Assembly: GCA_965223545.1 (NCBI GenBank)
Contig: OZ245006.1
Span: forward strand, 2,048,001-2,112,000
Reading direction: 5' to 3'
Length of the DNA: 64,000 bases
Source of the DNA: Planctomycetota bacterium
GTDB taxonomy: Bacteria; Planctomycetota; UBA1135; UBA2386
The notes under the pieces are model-generated. The model saw only the letters and a list, made by a program, of their open reading frames with translations. It ran no database searches and was not told the origin of the DNA. Within the stretch, counting starts at the first letter, position 1; the number at the start of each line of letters is the position of its first letter. A program made the translations under genes and the position numbers. Positions 38,212 through 47,554 of the stretch are shown piece by piece.

Positions 38212-39387
38212 ATGGCCAGACGCATCGACACCTACCTCCGCGGCCTCCTCCCCGAAGACAAGTTCGACTTCTACTCGGTAGTCTGCGACTTCGCCGACAA
38301 GGAGGTCGCCCCGCATCTGCTCACCTGGGAGCGGGAGCACCAGCTGGTGCCCGACGACTGCATCGAGAAGATGGGCGAGCTGGGGTTGTTCGGCCTGCCG
38401 ATCGAAGAGCAGTACGGCGGCCAGGGCGGCGACCAAACCGACCTGGTGCTGATGGGGTTGGCGCTCGGCTACCACAGCCAGTCGGTCGCGATCACGCCGG
38501 GCGCAGCGCTGTCGTTGGGTGCCAAGCCGCTGCAGCTGTGCGGCACCGACGCGCAGAAGGCCGCGCACTTGCCAGACCTCGCCGCCGGCAAGCGCATGTT
38601 CGTCTTCGGCCTCTCCGAGCCCGGTCGCGGCTCGGATGCGGCCAACCCCGAAGTCGAAGCCAAGCGCTCCGGCGATCAGTGGATCGTGCGCGGCGAGAAG
38701 TGCTGGTCGACCAACGCGGCCTGGGCGAGCCACGTGGTCGTGCACGCGCTGACCAACCCCGACGGGCCCAACGGCAAGCGCTCGACGTGCTTCGTGGTGC
38801 CGATGGACGCCGAGGGCGTGCACTACCAGGAGATGATGGGCAAGCGTGTGTGGGAGCAGTCGAGCACCGGCTCGATCGTGTTCGACAACGTAGCCATCGG
38901 TGACGACGCGATCCTCGGCGAGATCGACAACGGCTTCAAGGTGATGGTCACCACGCTCAACGGCGGCCGGCTGTTCATCGCCGGCCTGGCGCTGGCGTCG
39001 TTGGCGTTCGCCCTCGACAAGTGCCGGGTCTACGCCGAGGAACGCATCCAGTTCGACGACAAGCCGATCGGCCGCTTCCAGCGTGTGCAGGACGTGATCC
39101 TCGACATGGACATCGCCTTGGAGCGCAACGTCACGTGGTTGATGGAGCTGTGCCGCCGCTATGACCGCGGCACGTTGGAGCGCGAGCAAGCCGCCAAGGT
39201 CAAGATCGACTGCAGCCGCGTGGCGAGCGACTTGCTGGTGCAAGCGATGGAGATCTGCGGCGGCGTCGCTTGCCTCGACGAGTTCGGCTTGATCCGCCAC
39301 CACAACGACCTGTTCGTCACCCGCGTCGGCGAAGGCAGCAACTTCGCCCTCAAGGACTTGGCGGTGCGGCCGCTGCGCAGGCGCTGA
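38212..39387 (+). CDS. acyl-CoA dehydrogenase
   Basis: FGLSEPGRGSDA, RGEKCWSTN, RIQFDDKPIGRFQ and VGEGSN. Confidence 0.95.
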   Translation: MARRIDTYLRGLLPEDKFDFYSVVCDFADKEVAPHLLTWEREHQLVPDDCIEKMGELGLFGLPIEEQYGGQGGDQTDLVLMGLALGYHSQSVAITPGAALSLGAKPLQLCGTDAQKAAHLPDLAAGKRMFVFGLSEPGRGSDAANPEVEAKRSGDQWIVRGEKCWSTNAAWASHVVVHALTNPDGPNGKRSTCFVVPMDAEGVHYQEMMGKRVWEQSSTGSIVFDNVAIGDDAILGEIDNGFKVMVTTLNGGRLFIAGLALASLAFALDKCRVYAEERIQFDDKPIGRFQRVQDVILDMDIALERNVTWLMELCRRYDRGTLEREQAAKVKIDCSRVASDLLVQAMEICGGVACLDEFGLIRHHNDLFVTRVGEGSNFALKDLAVRPLRRR

Positions 39388-39397
39388 CGCGGGCACC

Positions 39398-39425
39398 TTG
39401 ACAGGTGTCCTTTGCAGCGTAAAGT
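39398..39425 (+). promoter_or_regulatory. sigma70-type promoter with overlapping inverted-repeat operator
   Basis: TTGACA(39398)-N16-TAAAGT(39420); CTTTG-CAGCG-TAAAG inverted repeat at 39410-39424. Confidence 0.6.
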
Positions 39426-39455
39426 CGGCGGCTCTTCGAGTGCAGGAGCCGCACG

Positions 39456-40049
39456 TTGGAGCTGCAACGAGCCATCGATCAGATCTCGGCGATCCACGCC
39501 CAAGTCGCCCGCAGCGAGCTGTTCCGCGGCTACCGCGCGGTGCCCGTCGCCATCACCAGCGGCCTCGCCATCGTCACCGCAATGGCCCACGAGACGCTGT
39601 TGCGGCCGGACACCCTGAGCCACGCGCTGCTGCTGTGGTTGGGCTACGCCGCCGCGTGCGGCCTGATCTGCGGTGGCGACCTGGCGGTGCACTGCTGGCT
39701 GCGCGGCCGCGCGTTCCGCCACCAGGCCCGCTACGTGGTCGCGCAGTTCATCCCGGTCGTGATCACTGGCGGTGTGGTGACCGGCGCGCTGGCCATGCAG
39801 CACGAGGTGCGCGCGCTGCTTCCCGGCCTGTGGACGATGCTGTTCGCGCTCGGCATCTTCGCGTCCCTGCCCTACTTGCCGCGCGCCATCGGCTGGGTCG
39901 CCGCGTTCTATCTGTGCGCGGGCGCGGGCTTGTTCTTCGCGGGCCTGCAGCAACCCAGCCTCGCCCCCGCCAGCATGGGACTGACGTTTGCCTTGGGGCA
40001 AGCGGCGATCGCGCTGATCCTGCACGTCCACTTGGAGGAGGGTCCATGA
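39456..40049 (+). CDS. multi-pass membrane protein
   Basis: AGGAG RBS, TTG start, about 6 TM helices; ATGA overlap with the regulator. Confidence 0.85.
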   Translation: MELQRAIDQISAIHAQVARSELFRGYRAVPVAITSGLAIVTAMAHETLLRPDTLSHALLLWLGYAAACGLICGGDLAVHCWLRGRAFRHQARYVVAQFIPVVITGGVVTGALAMQHEVRALLPGLWTMLFALGIFASLPYLPRAIGWVAAFYLCAGAGLFFAGLQQPSLAPASMGLTFALGQAAIALILHVHLEEGP

Positions 40050-40453
40050 GCCCTCGCAAGGTGCGCCCGCGCAAGACCGCCGATGCCGGCGCGTACGCGT
40101 ACGCCGGCCTGGACCGCGTCCTCCACGAGAAGGCGCGGCTCGGCATCCTCACCGCTCTCCTGACGCGTGCCGACGGCATCCTGTTCACCGATCTCAAGGA
40201 CCTGTGCACGCTGACCGACGGTAACCTCAGCCGGCACGTGCAGGTCCTACAGGAGGCGAGGCTGGTCGAGATCTGGAAGGGACACGAGGGCCGCCGCCCG
40301 CAGACCCTGATCCGACTCACCGGCCACGGCCGCGAGCAGTTCACGGCCTACCTGGCCGAGCTCGAGCAGGTCATTCGCGACGCGCGGCGCGGGTCGAAGG
40401 CCCAGCGATCCGACTCCGAGTTCGACGCACCCCCGGGCTGGGTGCCGGCCTGA
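40046..40453 (+). CDS. winged-helix (HTH_34, ArsR/MarR-like) transcriptional regulator
   Basis: LDRVLHEKARLGILTAL, LTDGNLSRH and GRRPQTLIRLT. Confidence 0.92.
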   Translation: MSPRKVRPRKTADAGAYAYAGLDRVLHEKARLGILTALLTRADGILFTDLKDLCTLTDGNLSRHVQVLQEARLVEIWKGHEGRRPQTLIRLTGHGREQFTAYLAELEQVIRDARRGSKAQRSDSEFDAPPGWVPA

Positions 40454-40555
40454 CGAGCGCGCGGACGCGGGCTCAGCGCCGCGGCGTTGTCGCCATGGCC
40501 GCGGCGTCGCCTCGCGAATGTTGTCGCCGCTCGACGATTCTCGGCCCCGGACGCT

Positions 40556-41944
40556 TCAGACACCGCTCGCCGCCCGCGGTGGCGGCGTGGTGGTCAACAG
40601 CTCGGCGACGACGGTCAACCCGCGGCGCAGATCGTCCTCGCGCGGCACGGCGCCGAGGCTGATGCGCACCGCGTGCGGGGCCGCTCCGCGCCCGACCGCG
40701 AACACCTCCGCCGGTGCCACCGCGACTCCGCGCTCGCGGCAGCAGGCGGCGAACTCGTCCGCCCGCCACGGGTCCGGCAGCGGCACCCATAGAAACGCGC
40801 TCTCGCGCAGTCCGTCCGCGGCCGGCGGGCCCAGGAGCCGGCGCGCGAGCGCATTGCGGTGGCGCGCCTCCGCGCGGCGGCGCGCGGCCAGTTGGTCGGC
40901 GACTCCGCCGTGGATCAAGTCTGCAGCCAGCTCGGCAGTCAGCGGCGAGGCCATGATGGTCGAAGCCATCATGGCGCCGACGGCGGCGGTGTCGGCACCG
41001 GCCGGCAGGTGCAGGTAGCCGACGCGCAACGCCGGCAGGCCCGGCTTCGACAATCCCGCGAGAGTGCTGACGCGCGCCGCGAACGAAGCCAGTGGCGGCG
41101 GCGGCTCGTCCAGCAAGAAGCCGTAGGTGTCGTCCTCGACGATGGTCACGCCGAACCGGTCCGCGATGGCGCCGATCGCCTCGCGCCGCGCGACCGACAT
41201 CACCGCGGTGGTCGGGTTGTGCACGTTGGGAGAGCAGTAGAGCGCCGCGACGTGTCCTCGCTTGGCGGCATCCTCGAACGCGGCCGGTAGCACGCCTTCG
41301 GCGTCGATGGCGACTCCCTCGAGCGATAGCCGGAGCATCCGCGTCAGGCTCTTGATCCCCGGGTAGGCGAGCGACTCGGTGAGCACGCGCTCGCCGGGAG
41401 ACGCGCAGGCGGAGAGCGCGACCATCATCGCGTGCTGCGCCCCGCAGACGACGACCACCGAGTCCGGCGACGCATCGAGGCCGCTGCGAGCCAGCCAGCG
41501 CGCACCGGCCTCGCGAGCGCGCACATCGCCCGCGGGGGGCGCATAGCCGAGTCGCATCTCGCCGAACCGCCGCGACCAAGCGCTCCAAACCGGAGCCAGC
41601 AGGTCGGTGACGTCGGTGCAGTGCGGCGCGTTGTGGCCGAGGTTCAGGAGCTCGGTGTCGCCGTGCGACGCGGCAAACACGTCCTCGCCGCGCGGACCGC
41701 GCACGAAGGTACCGCGACCGACCTCGCCGCTGAGCAGCCCGCGCTCGCGCGCCACGGCGTAGCCCCGGGTGACGGTGCCGACCGTCACGCCGAGCGCGCG
41801 CGCCAGGTCGCGCTGCGGCGGCAGCTGGCTGCCCAGCGGCAGCGTGCCGTCCTCCACACCGCGCGCGATCGCGTCCGCCAGGGCGACGTACTTCGGCGGC
41901 GCGGCGCCGTCGAGATCGGGGACCCACATGGTCATCGGCGGCAT
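40556..41944 (-). CDS. MocR/GabR-family regulator (GntR HTH plus PLP aminotransferase domain)
   Basis: LPPQRDLARALGVTVGTVTRGY, HNPTT, IVEDDTY and LSKPGLPALRVG. Confidence 0.93.
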   Translation of the reverse strand: MPPMTMWVPDLDGAAPPKYVALADAIARGVEDGTLPLGSQLPPQRDLARALGVTVGTVTRGYAVARERGLLSGEVGRGTFVRGPRGEDVFAASHGDTELLNLGHNAPHCTDVTDLLAPVWSAWSRRFGEMRLGYAPPAGDVRAREAGARWLARSGLDASPDSVVVVCGAQHAMMVALSACASPGERVLTESLAYPGIKSLTRMLRLSLEGVAIDAEGVLPAAFEDAAKRGHVAALYCSPNVHNPTTAVMSVARREAIGAIADRFGVTIVEDDTYGFLLDEPPPPLASFAARVSTLAGLSKPGLPALRVGYLHLPAGADTAAVGAMMASTIMASPLTAELAADLIHGGVADQLAARRRAEARHRNALARRLLGPPAADGLRESAFLWVPLPDPWRADEFAACCRERGVAVAPAEVFAVGRGAAPHAVRISLGAVPREDDLRRGLTVVAELLTTTPPPRAASGV

Positions 41945-41976
41945 CGTAACCGCCGCTCGCTCGAGCGAAGCGACGG

Positions 41977-44637
41977 CTATTCGGGCAAGCCGGCCAGCTG
42001 GCGCAGTGCGCCGTAGGACGGCGGGTTCTCGAGGCCATGCCGATCGGCGAACTCCACCGCTGCCATGGACCAGTCCCGCAGCCGCGGTCCATTGCCGGAT
42101 TCTTGGGCGAACTCTACGCCGGCGAGAAAGCCACGGTAACGGTCCAAGTCGGACTCCGGCCGCAGGCTCGAGTGGGGATTCCGGCGCCAGACGTCGAGTC
42201 GGTGCGCCGCTTCCTCGATCACGCCGGCGGGAGCCTCCGCGGCGTACCCCCGCAGCGCGACCACCATGAGCCGGCACGCCTCCGCCCACCCCGGATCCAG
42301 CTGGAGGGCCTTGCTGCAGTGCGCGAACGCGCGCGCGCGCTGCGAGCGACACAGCTCGAAGGCAAACAAGTGGTAGTCGGCCAAGAGCTGGGCCCGGCGA
42401 ACGTGACGCAGGGCTTCCTCGACCTTCACCAAGCACTCTACGCGGGCGGCCTCGTCCCACCCGCTTGCGTCCAACCGCCAGAGGCGCAGCTGCGCGGTGT
42501 AGCGCTCGTGATCGGTGCAATCGAGCTCGCTGACTCCGGCCAGCAGTGCACGCTGCTCCGGCCGCACGTCGCGCTCGGGTCGGCTGCCATCGAGAATGCG
42601 CAACTCCAGCGCGTTGAACTGGAGCAAGATCAAGCTCACGTCGTCGGGCCAACGGTGCGCCGCGCGCGCCACGCCCAGGCGCTCCTCGAGGGCGCCCACA
42701 TCGCCGCGGAGATACGCGATCTCGCACCAGATCCGCGCATCGGCCCGGCCCTGGGGCACGTCTCCATCACCCAACAACGACGCCATGACGCGCTCGGCGG
42801 CATCGAATTCGCGCGCCAGCATCAGCTCGCGCGCACGGTTGCGCTCCGGGGCCGCGCGCCCCGGTCGCAGGATCCCCGCGCACCACCAGAGGGCCGCGGC
42901 GGCATCGTGGTTGCGTGCCGCGCTCTCGATGGCGGCGAGCTCGAAGTGCAATCGATAGCTGCTCTGAGTGACGTCGTCCAGCGGGATCAGTCGAGCGCGC
43001 GCCGCCGGCGCGACACGCGCCATACGGAGCAGAGTGACTGCGGCCAGGCGGTCGTTCGCGTTTGCGGGCACCGGCAGATCGTCGGCCGGCGGTCGCTCGT
43101 CGACGATGGCCGTCGCGATCCGGAACGCCACCGGCATCGTCGCCGCGTAGCGGCCGCGGAACTCGTCGTACTGGGCGCGCGCTTCCGTTCGATCCTCATC
43201 GAAGAGCCGAAGGTAGAGACGCGCCATCGCGACGTCTTCTGGCCACAGGGGCGCCGCACCGCTGGCGTCCAGCTCGACCAACAGCGCCGCCCGGCGCGCG
43301 GGCGTCAGCTCGTGCGCCAAGTGGATTCGGTCGAGCAACTCCTCCAACCGGAGCCGAGACGCGTGCCGGCGCTCGGCGTCAGCGACTCGGACGTGGTCCG
43401 GGTCGCGCCGCTGAAGCTCGGCCAGCAGGGCGCGCGCATACTCGAGCTCACCTCGGTCGAGATAGCCATCGACGTCGGCCAGCGAGCTGTGCAGCACTGC
43501 CTCCGCACGGAGCCGTTGACTCCACAGCCACCCCGCCAACACCAAAGCCGTGACCACCAGCAAGCCGGTGGTGAGACTCAGCCGCGGATGGCGGCGTGCG
43601 CGGCTACCCCAACGCGCGACCCACCCCGGCCGCCGACTGCGCACCCGCTCACCGGCCGCGAACCGCCGCAGATCGGTCGCCATCTCGTCGGCGGAGCGAA
43701 AGCGGCGGGCCGGCTCCTTGGCGAGCGCGCGCAGCAGGATGTGGTTGAGCGGACGGCTCTCGGCGGCCAAACGCAGGGGCTTGGCCTCGTCATGCAGCAC
43801 CGCGCGGATGAGACTGCCCGGCGTGGCCGCCGCGAACGGCGGCACGCCGCCCACCGCCTCGTAGAGCGCCGCTCCCAGCGAGTACACGTCCGAGCGCGCG
43901 TCCGCCGCGGTGCCGTCGCGGCGCAGCAGCTCCGGTGCCATGTAGGCGAGGGTCCCCGGCGCCTCTCCTTCGCGCGTCACTGCAGTGTGCTCCGCACCAC
44001 GCGCCAAACCGAAGTCGACGACGTACGCCACGCCGGCGTGCATCAGCACGTTGGCCGGCTTCACGTCGCGGTGCACGACCCCGACGGTGTGCGCGGCGTG
44101 CAGGGCGCTTGCGACGGCGGCTCCCACGGCTGCGATCTCAGCCGCCGGCCTGCCCTTGCTCCACTCGCTGAGCGAGGGGCCGTCCAATCTCTGCATCGCG
44201 ATCCAAGCGAGCTCCCCCTGACTACCGAACTCGTGCACGTGCACGATGTTGGGGTGCGCCAGGGCAGAGGTGATCTCGGTCTCGCGCTGGAAGCGCAGCC
44301 GCGACAAGTCGTCGGTCAGCCGCTGGACCTTCACCGCGACGTCGGCACCCGACCGCTCGTGCCGGGCGGCGAAGACGCGCCCCATGCCTCCCTCGCCCAG
44401 CGGCTGTCCGAGTCGAAAGCCGCCGAGCAGCGCGCCGGGACCAACCCACGGCGCTGCGGCGCGCCGTAGCTCGGCGAACGCCGAGTCGATGTCGGGGTCC
44501 TGCGCCAGCGCCCGCCGCACCCGCTGCTGCAGCGCCGCGTCCCCGCCACACAGCGCATCCAAATCGGGGGCCGCGCCGGCGTCCAACGCCGCGTAGACCG
44601 CGGTCAGCACCCGCTCCAGATCGGGGCCCGCGCTCAC
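41977..44637 (-). CDS. Hanks-type Ser/Thr protein kinase with TM helix and helical sensor domain
   Basis: GEGGMG, VAVK, HRDVKPAN, DFGLA and GTLAYMAPE; TM segment LSLTTGLLVVTALVLAGWLW. Confidence 0.93.
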   Translation of the reverse strand: MSAGPDLERVLTAVYAALDAGAAPDLDALCGGDAALQQRVRRALAQDPDIDSAFAELRRAAAPWVGPGALLGGFRLGQPLGEGGMGRVFAARHERSGADVAVKVQRLTDDLSRLRFQRETEITSALAHPNIVHVHEFGSQGELAWIAMQRLDGPSLSEWSKGRPAAEIAAVGAAVASALHAAHTVGVVHRDVKPANVLMHAGVAYVVDFGLARGAEHTAVTREGEAPGTLAYMAPELLRRDGTAADARSDVYSLGAALYEAVGGVPPFAAATPGSLIRAVLHDEAKPLRLAAESRPLNHILLRALAKEPARRFRSADEMATDLRRFAAGERVRSRRPGWVARWGSRARRHPRLSLTTGLLVVTALVLAGWLWSQRLRAEAVLHSSLADVDGYLDRGELEYARALLAELQRRDPDHVRVADAERRHASRLRLEELLDRIHLAHELTPARRAALLVELDASGAAPLWPEDVAMARLYLRLFDEDRTEARAQYDEFRGRYAATMPVAFRIATAIVDERPPADDLPVPANANDRLAAVTLLRMARVAPAARARLIPLDDVTQSSYRLHFELAAIESAARNHDAAAALWWCAGILRPGRAAPERNRARELMLAREFDAAERVMASLLGDGDVPQGRADARIWCEIAYLRGDVGALEERLGVARAAHRWPDDVSLILLQFNALELRILDGSRPERDVRPEQRALLAGVSELDCTDHERYTAQLRLWRLDASGWDEAARVECLVKVEEALRHVRRAQLLADYHLFAFELCRSQRARAFAHCSKALQLDPGWAEACRLMVVALRGYAAEAPAGVIEEAAHRLDVWRRNPHSSLRPESDLDRYRGFLAGVEFAQESGNGPRLRDWSMAAVEFADRHGLENPPSYGALRQLAGLPE

Positions 44638-45845
44638 AGCCTGCGGAACAGCATCGGCCCGTACGACGCCGGCACCGACGCTCCGTCGAGGACGCCGTAC
44701 GCGTTGCTGAAGTTCAAGAAGAAGTTGTCGGCGACGTTGAATGGTGCGCGCACCAAGCCGACGCGCGGCGCGACCTTGACGATGGGCTGGTCCTTGTAGC
44801 CGCCGCCCTCGAGCTGGAACCGAACGGTCGAGCCCGGAGTGATCAGGCCGAAGGTGATCGCCAGCATCTGGCTCGGGGCCGCGGCGACTTCGGCGAGCAA
44901 GTCCGGCTCGTAGTCGGCGTTGCGGCCGCGCGTCGGCCGCCCGACCGGAATCAGCATCGACCGGCAGTCGCTCACGCGAATCTTGATGTCGCCGCCGACT
45001 CCGAGGCCGGGAGTTGCCGATGCGGGCTGCCCGTACCAGCCGGTTCCGATCGCGTTCTCCAGGGACGCGCGGAACGCGAACGCCTGCACATCGACATGGA
45101 GGTACTGGTTGGACAATCCCAGCTGCATGTCATCCTCGCTCAGGATCGCGCCGGACTGCTGGATTGCTGCGACGTCGACCATGCCGTGCAGGTCGAACGA
45201 GTCCGCGCCGCTGACGTCGATGACGGTCGTGTCGATCTGCTTCCAGGTTTCCGTGTATGCGCTTGGCGCTTGGGCTTGATACGGCGGTTCCCCGACCCAC
45301 GTCAGACTGTACGGATCATTGAGCCCCGGGTTGTCCCCCGCGTTCACCTTGATCGGTTGGCTCCACTTCAGCTCGTCGGTCGTCGAGCTGCCAATCGGAA
45401 AGATCCGATCGAGCACGTCGTGCAGGATGGACGGGCGCACCGCCAGGCCGAGTTGCGGATCGACCTCGCTCAGATCCAAGGCCACGGGATCGTTCTGCAC
45501 GTTGGCGCGCTGCCATAGATACTCGGAGAGCGTCGTGTGGACGTTGGCCTCCGCCGGACCGAACGAGTAATCGTCGATGATCGAGGACTGCGTCGCGCGG
45601 CCGTGGAACAGCAGGACGACCCACCAACCGGGGCTCAGATCCACCTGAAAGGCCACCCAGGGGTCGTCGGGAACCAACGTCGGATTACCGGTCGCCGGGG
45701 GCTGCCATTGGTAGGTGCCGCCGAAGTAGCCGCCGACGCTGATGCTGGGGGTGATCACGGACTGCGCCACCACGGCGGGGGACAGGGCTGCCGCGGCCGC
45801 CGCCACGGAGGTCAGGATGCTTCGGGTCATGTTGTTGCGCTCCAA
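44634..45845 (-). CDS. secreted hypothetical protein, translationally coupled to the kinase
   Basis: Signal peptide MTRSILTSVAAAAAALSPAVVA|Q (likely start about 45830); GTGA overlap with the kinase. Confidence 0.8.
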   Translation of the reverse strand: MERNNMTRSILTSVAAAAAALSPAVVAQSVITPSISVGGYFGGTYQWQPPATGNPTLVPDDPWVAFQVDLSPGWWVVLLFHGRATQSSIIDDYSFGPAEANVHTTLSEYLWQRANVQNDPVALDLSEVDPQLGLAVRPSILHDVLDRIFPIGSSTTDELKWSQPIKVNAGDNPGLNDPYSLTWVGEPPYQAQAPSAYTETWKQIDTTVIDVSGADSFDLHGMVDVAAIQQSGAILSEDDMQLGLSNQYLHVDVQAFAFRASLENAIGTGWYGQPASATPGLGVGGDIKIRVSDCRSMLIPVGRPTRGRNADYEPDLLAEVAAAPSQMLAITFGLITPGSTVRFQLEGGGYKDQPIVKVAPRVGLVRAPFNVADNFFLNFSNAYGVLDGASVPASYGPMLFRRL

Positions 45846-45983
45846 GGCGTTCTCGTTGCTCTTGCTCGATGGGCCAAACGGGCCACTCCGCCGGGTGGGT
45901 GGCCGATGAGAACGTCACGCGGATTTTGCCAGTTTTTGTCCGCCTCCGCCGGTGGGTTGCCGGCGCGGCAGCGGAGCGGTAAC

Positions 45984-46583
45984 GTGAGGGAGTTGGGTTC
46001 GGATCGTGAAGGAAAGCCGGAGGACGGCCTACGCCGCGCGCGCGAGGGCGACTCCGATGCGCTCGAGGAGCTGCTGTTCCGCCACGAGCAGCAGCTGACG
46101 CGCATCGCCGAGCGGGGGCTCGGCCGCGACCTCAAGGCCCGCATGCACGTCTCCGACATCGTGCAGAGCGCGGCGGTCGACATCGTGCGCGACATCGGCT
46201 CGTTCCGCGGCGACGACGAGGATGCCTTCTTGGCGTGGGCAGCCCGCATCGTCCAGAACAAGATCCGCGGCAAAGGCCGCTACTTCACGGCGCATCAGCG
46301 CCAACAGCGCGAGCAGTCACTGGAGACCATGGAGGTGACTCCGGCCGGCCCCGACCGCACCCCGAGCAGCGAGGCGCGCGGCGCCGAGCTGCAGCAACGC
46401 GTCGCAGTTGCGCTGCGCGAGCTGCCAGACGACTACCGGCGCGCCCTACTGCTGCGCTCGGTCGAGAACCTCAGCGCACGCGAGATCGGTGACCTCCTCG
46501 GCCGCACCGAGCACGCGACCCGCATGCTCCTGCACCGCGCCCGCGCAGCCCTCGCGGCGCAGCTGGCAGAACACGACGAGTGA
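45984..46583 (+). CDS. ECF sigma factor (planctomycete-type, TIGR02984-like)
   Basis: RAREGDSDALEELL, HVSDIVQSA, FLAWAARIVQNKI, TPSSEA and LPDDYRRALLLR; start uncertain (GTG 45984 or TTG 45993). Confidence 0.9.
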   Translation: MRELGSDREGKPEDGLRRAREGDSDALEELLFRHEQQLTRIAERGLGRDLKARMHVSDIVQSAAVDIVRDIGSFRGDDEDAFLAWAARIVQNKIRGKGRYFTAHQRQQREQSLETMEVTPAGPDRTPSSEARGAELQQRVAVALRELPDDYRRALLLRSVENLSAREIGDLLGRTEHATRMLLHRARAALAAQLAEHDE

Positions 46584-46584
46584 C

Positions 46585-46607
46585 GGTACGGAGCCTGGCT
46601 CCGTACC
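46585..46607. terminator. hairpin between convergent genes
   Basis: GGTACGGAGC-CTG-GCTCCGTACC fills the gap between two stop codons. Confidence 0.7.
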
Positions 46608-46608
46608 T

Positions 46609-47418
46609 TCACTTGCGGCCGCCCAGCTGCTCGTGGAGTTTGCGGGCGGCCTCGGCGGCGGCCTTCTCGAGCTGCTGGGCCGCGGTGCCGGCGAGGTCGC
46701 CGGCGAACTTCACGCCCAGGGCCTCGAGGCTCTCCAGGGGCTGCATGCCCGCCTGCAGCACGGCCCGCAGCGGCGCCGGGATCGCGTCGCCACCGTTTGC
46801 CAGGGCGGTCGCGATCACGGTCTGCACGACGATGCCGACGACCTTGTCGAGCGACACCGGCCGGTCGCTGCCGATGTTCTTCAGGTCGATCGGCGCGAGC
46901 GGCACGACGGCGCGCGAGGGCTCCTCCGCCGCCAGCGCGAACAGCACTTCGACTTCGACGTCCTCGATCCGCAGCTGCTCGATGACGAATCCGACCCCAC
47001 CGTCGCCGCCGGCCGGCGCCGACTCGTCGCTGCCCATGGCCTCGAGGATCGACTGAATGTTCGACCGGACGCCGGCTTGCTGCAGATGGAGACGAAGGCC
47101 CGAGAGGCGAATCTCCGGCACCCGCACCGTGTCCGACAGCAAGGACCATGGGGCGACCGCGAGACCGGCGCTGCCGAGCGTGAGCAAGTGCTCCTGATCG
47201 AAGCCGTCGGGGTTGTCGATGCGCAGATCGGCGAGGTCGACCCGGCCGTCGAAGACCCCGAGACGCATCTCGCCCAGCTCGGTCGGGACTCCGAGCGCAT
47301 TGGTCGCAGCTCGCTCGACGGCACCGGTGGCCAGAGAGTCACCGAACCACACCGCCGCCAACCCCAAGACCAGCACGAGGCCGACCAGGAACACGAGGAC
47401 GAGGAGCAGCTTCTTCAT
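46609..47418 (-). CDS. AsmA-family/DUF748-like protein
   Basis: N-terminal anchor, ALGVPTEL, LRIDNPDGF and PIDLKNIG. Confidence 0.75.
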   Translation of the reverse strand: MKKLLLVLVFLVGLVLVLGLAAVWFGDSLATGAVERAATNALGVPTELGEMRLGVFDGRVDLADLRIDNPDGFDQEHLLTLGSAGLAVAPWSLLSDTVRVPEIRLSGLRLHLQQAGVRSNIQSILEAMGSDESAPAGGDGGVGFVIEQLRIEDVEVEVLFALAAEEPSRAVVPLAPIDLKNIGSDRPVSLDKVVGIVVQTVIATALANGGDAIPAPLRAVLQAGMQPLESLEALGVKFAGDLAGTAAQQLEKAAAEAARKLHEQLGGRK

Positions 47419-47554
47419 TGCCGACCAGGCTACCCGCGCAGGGGCCGACGCCTCACCCCCGCCGTGGATTCCTTCCGGAACGGGAGTACCTCCGCGCACG
47501 CCCCGACGGTCACATCGGCTCTACTCGGGGTTTCGCCGACCCAGCTCTCCGCCA

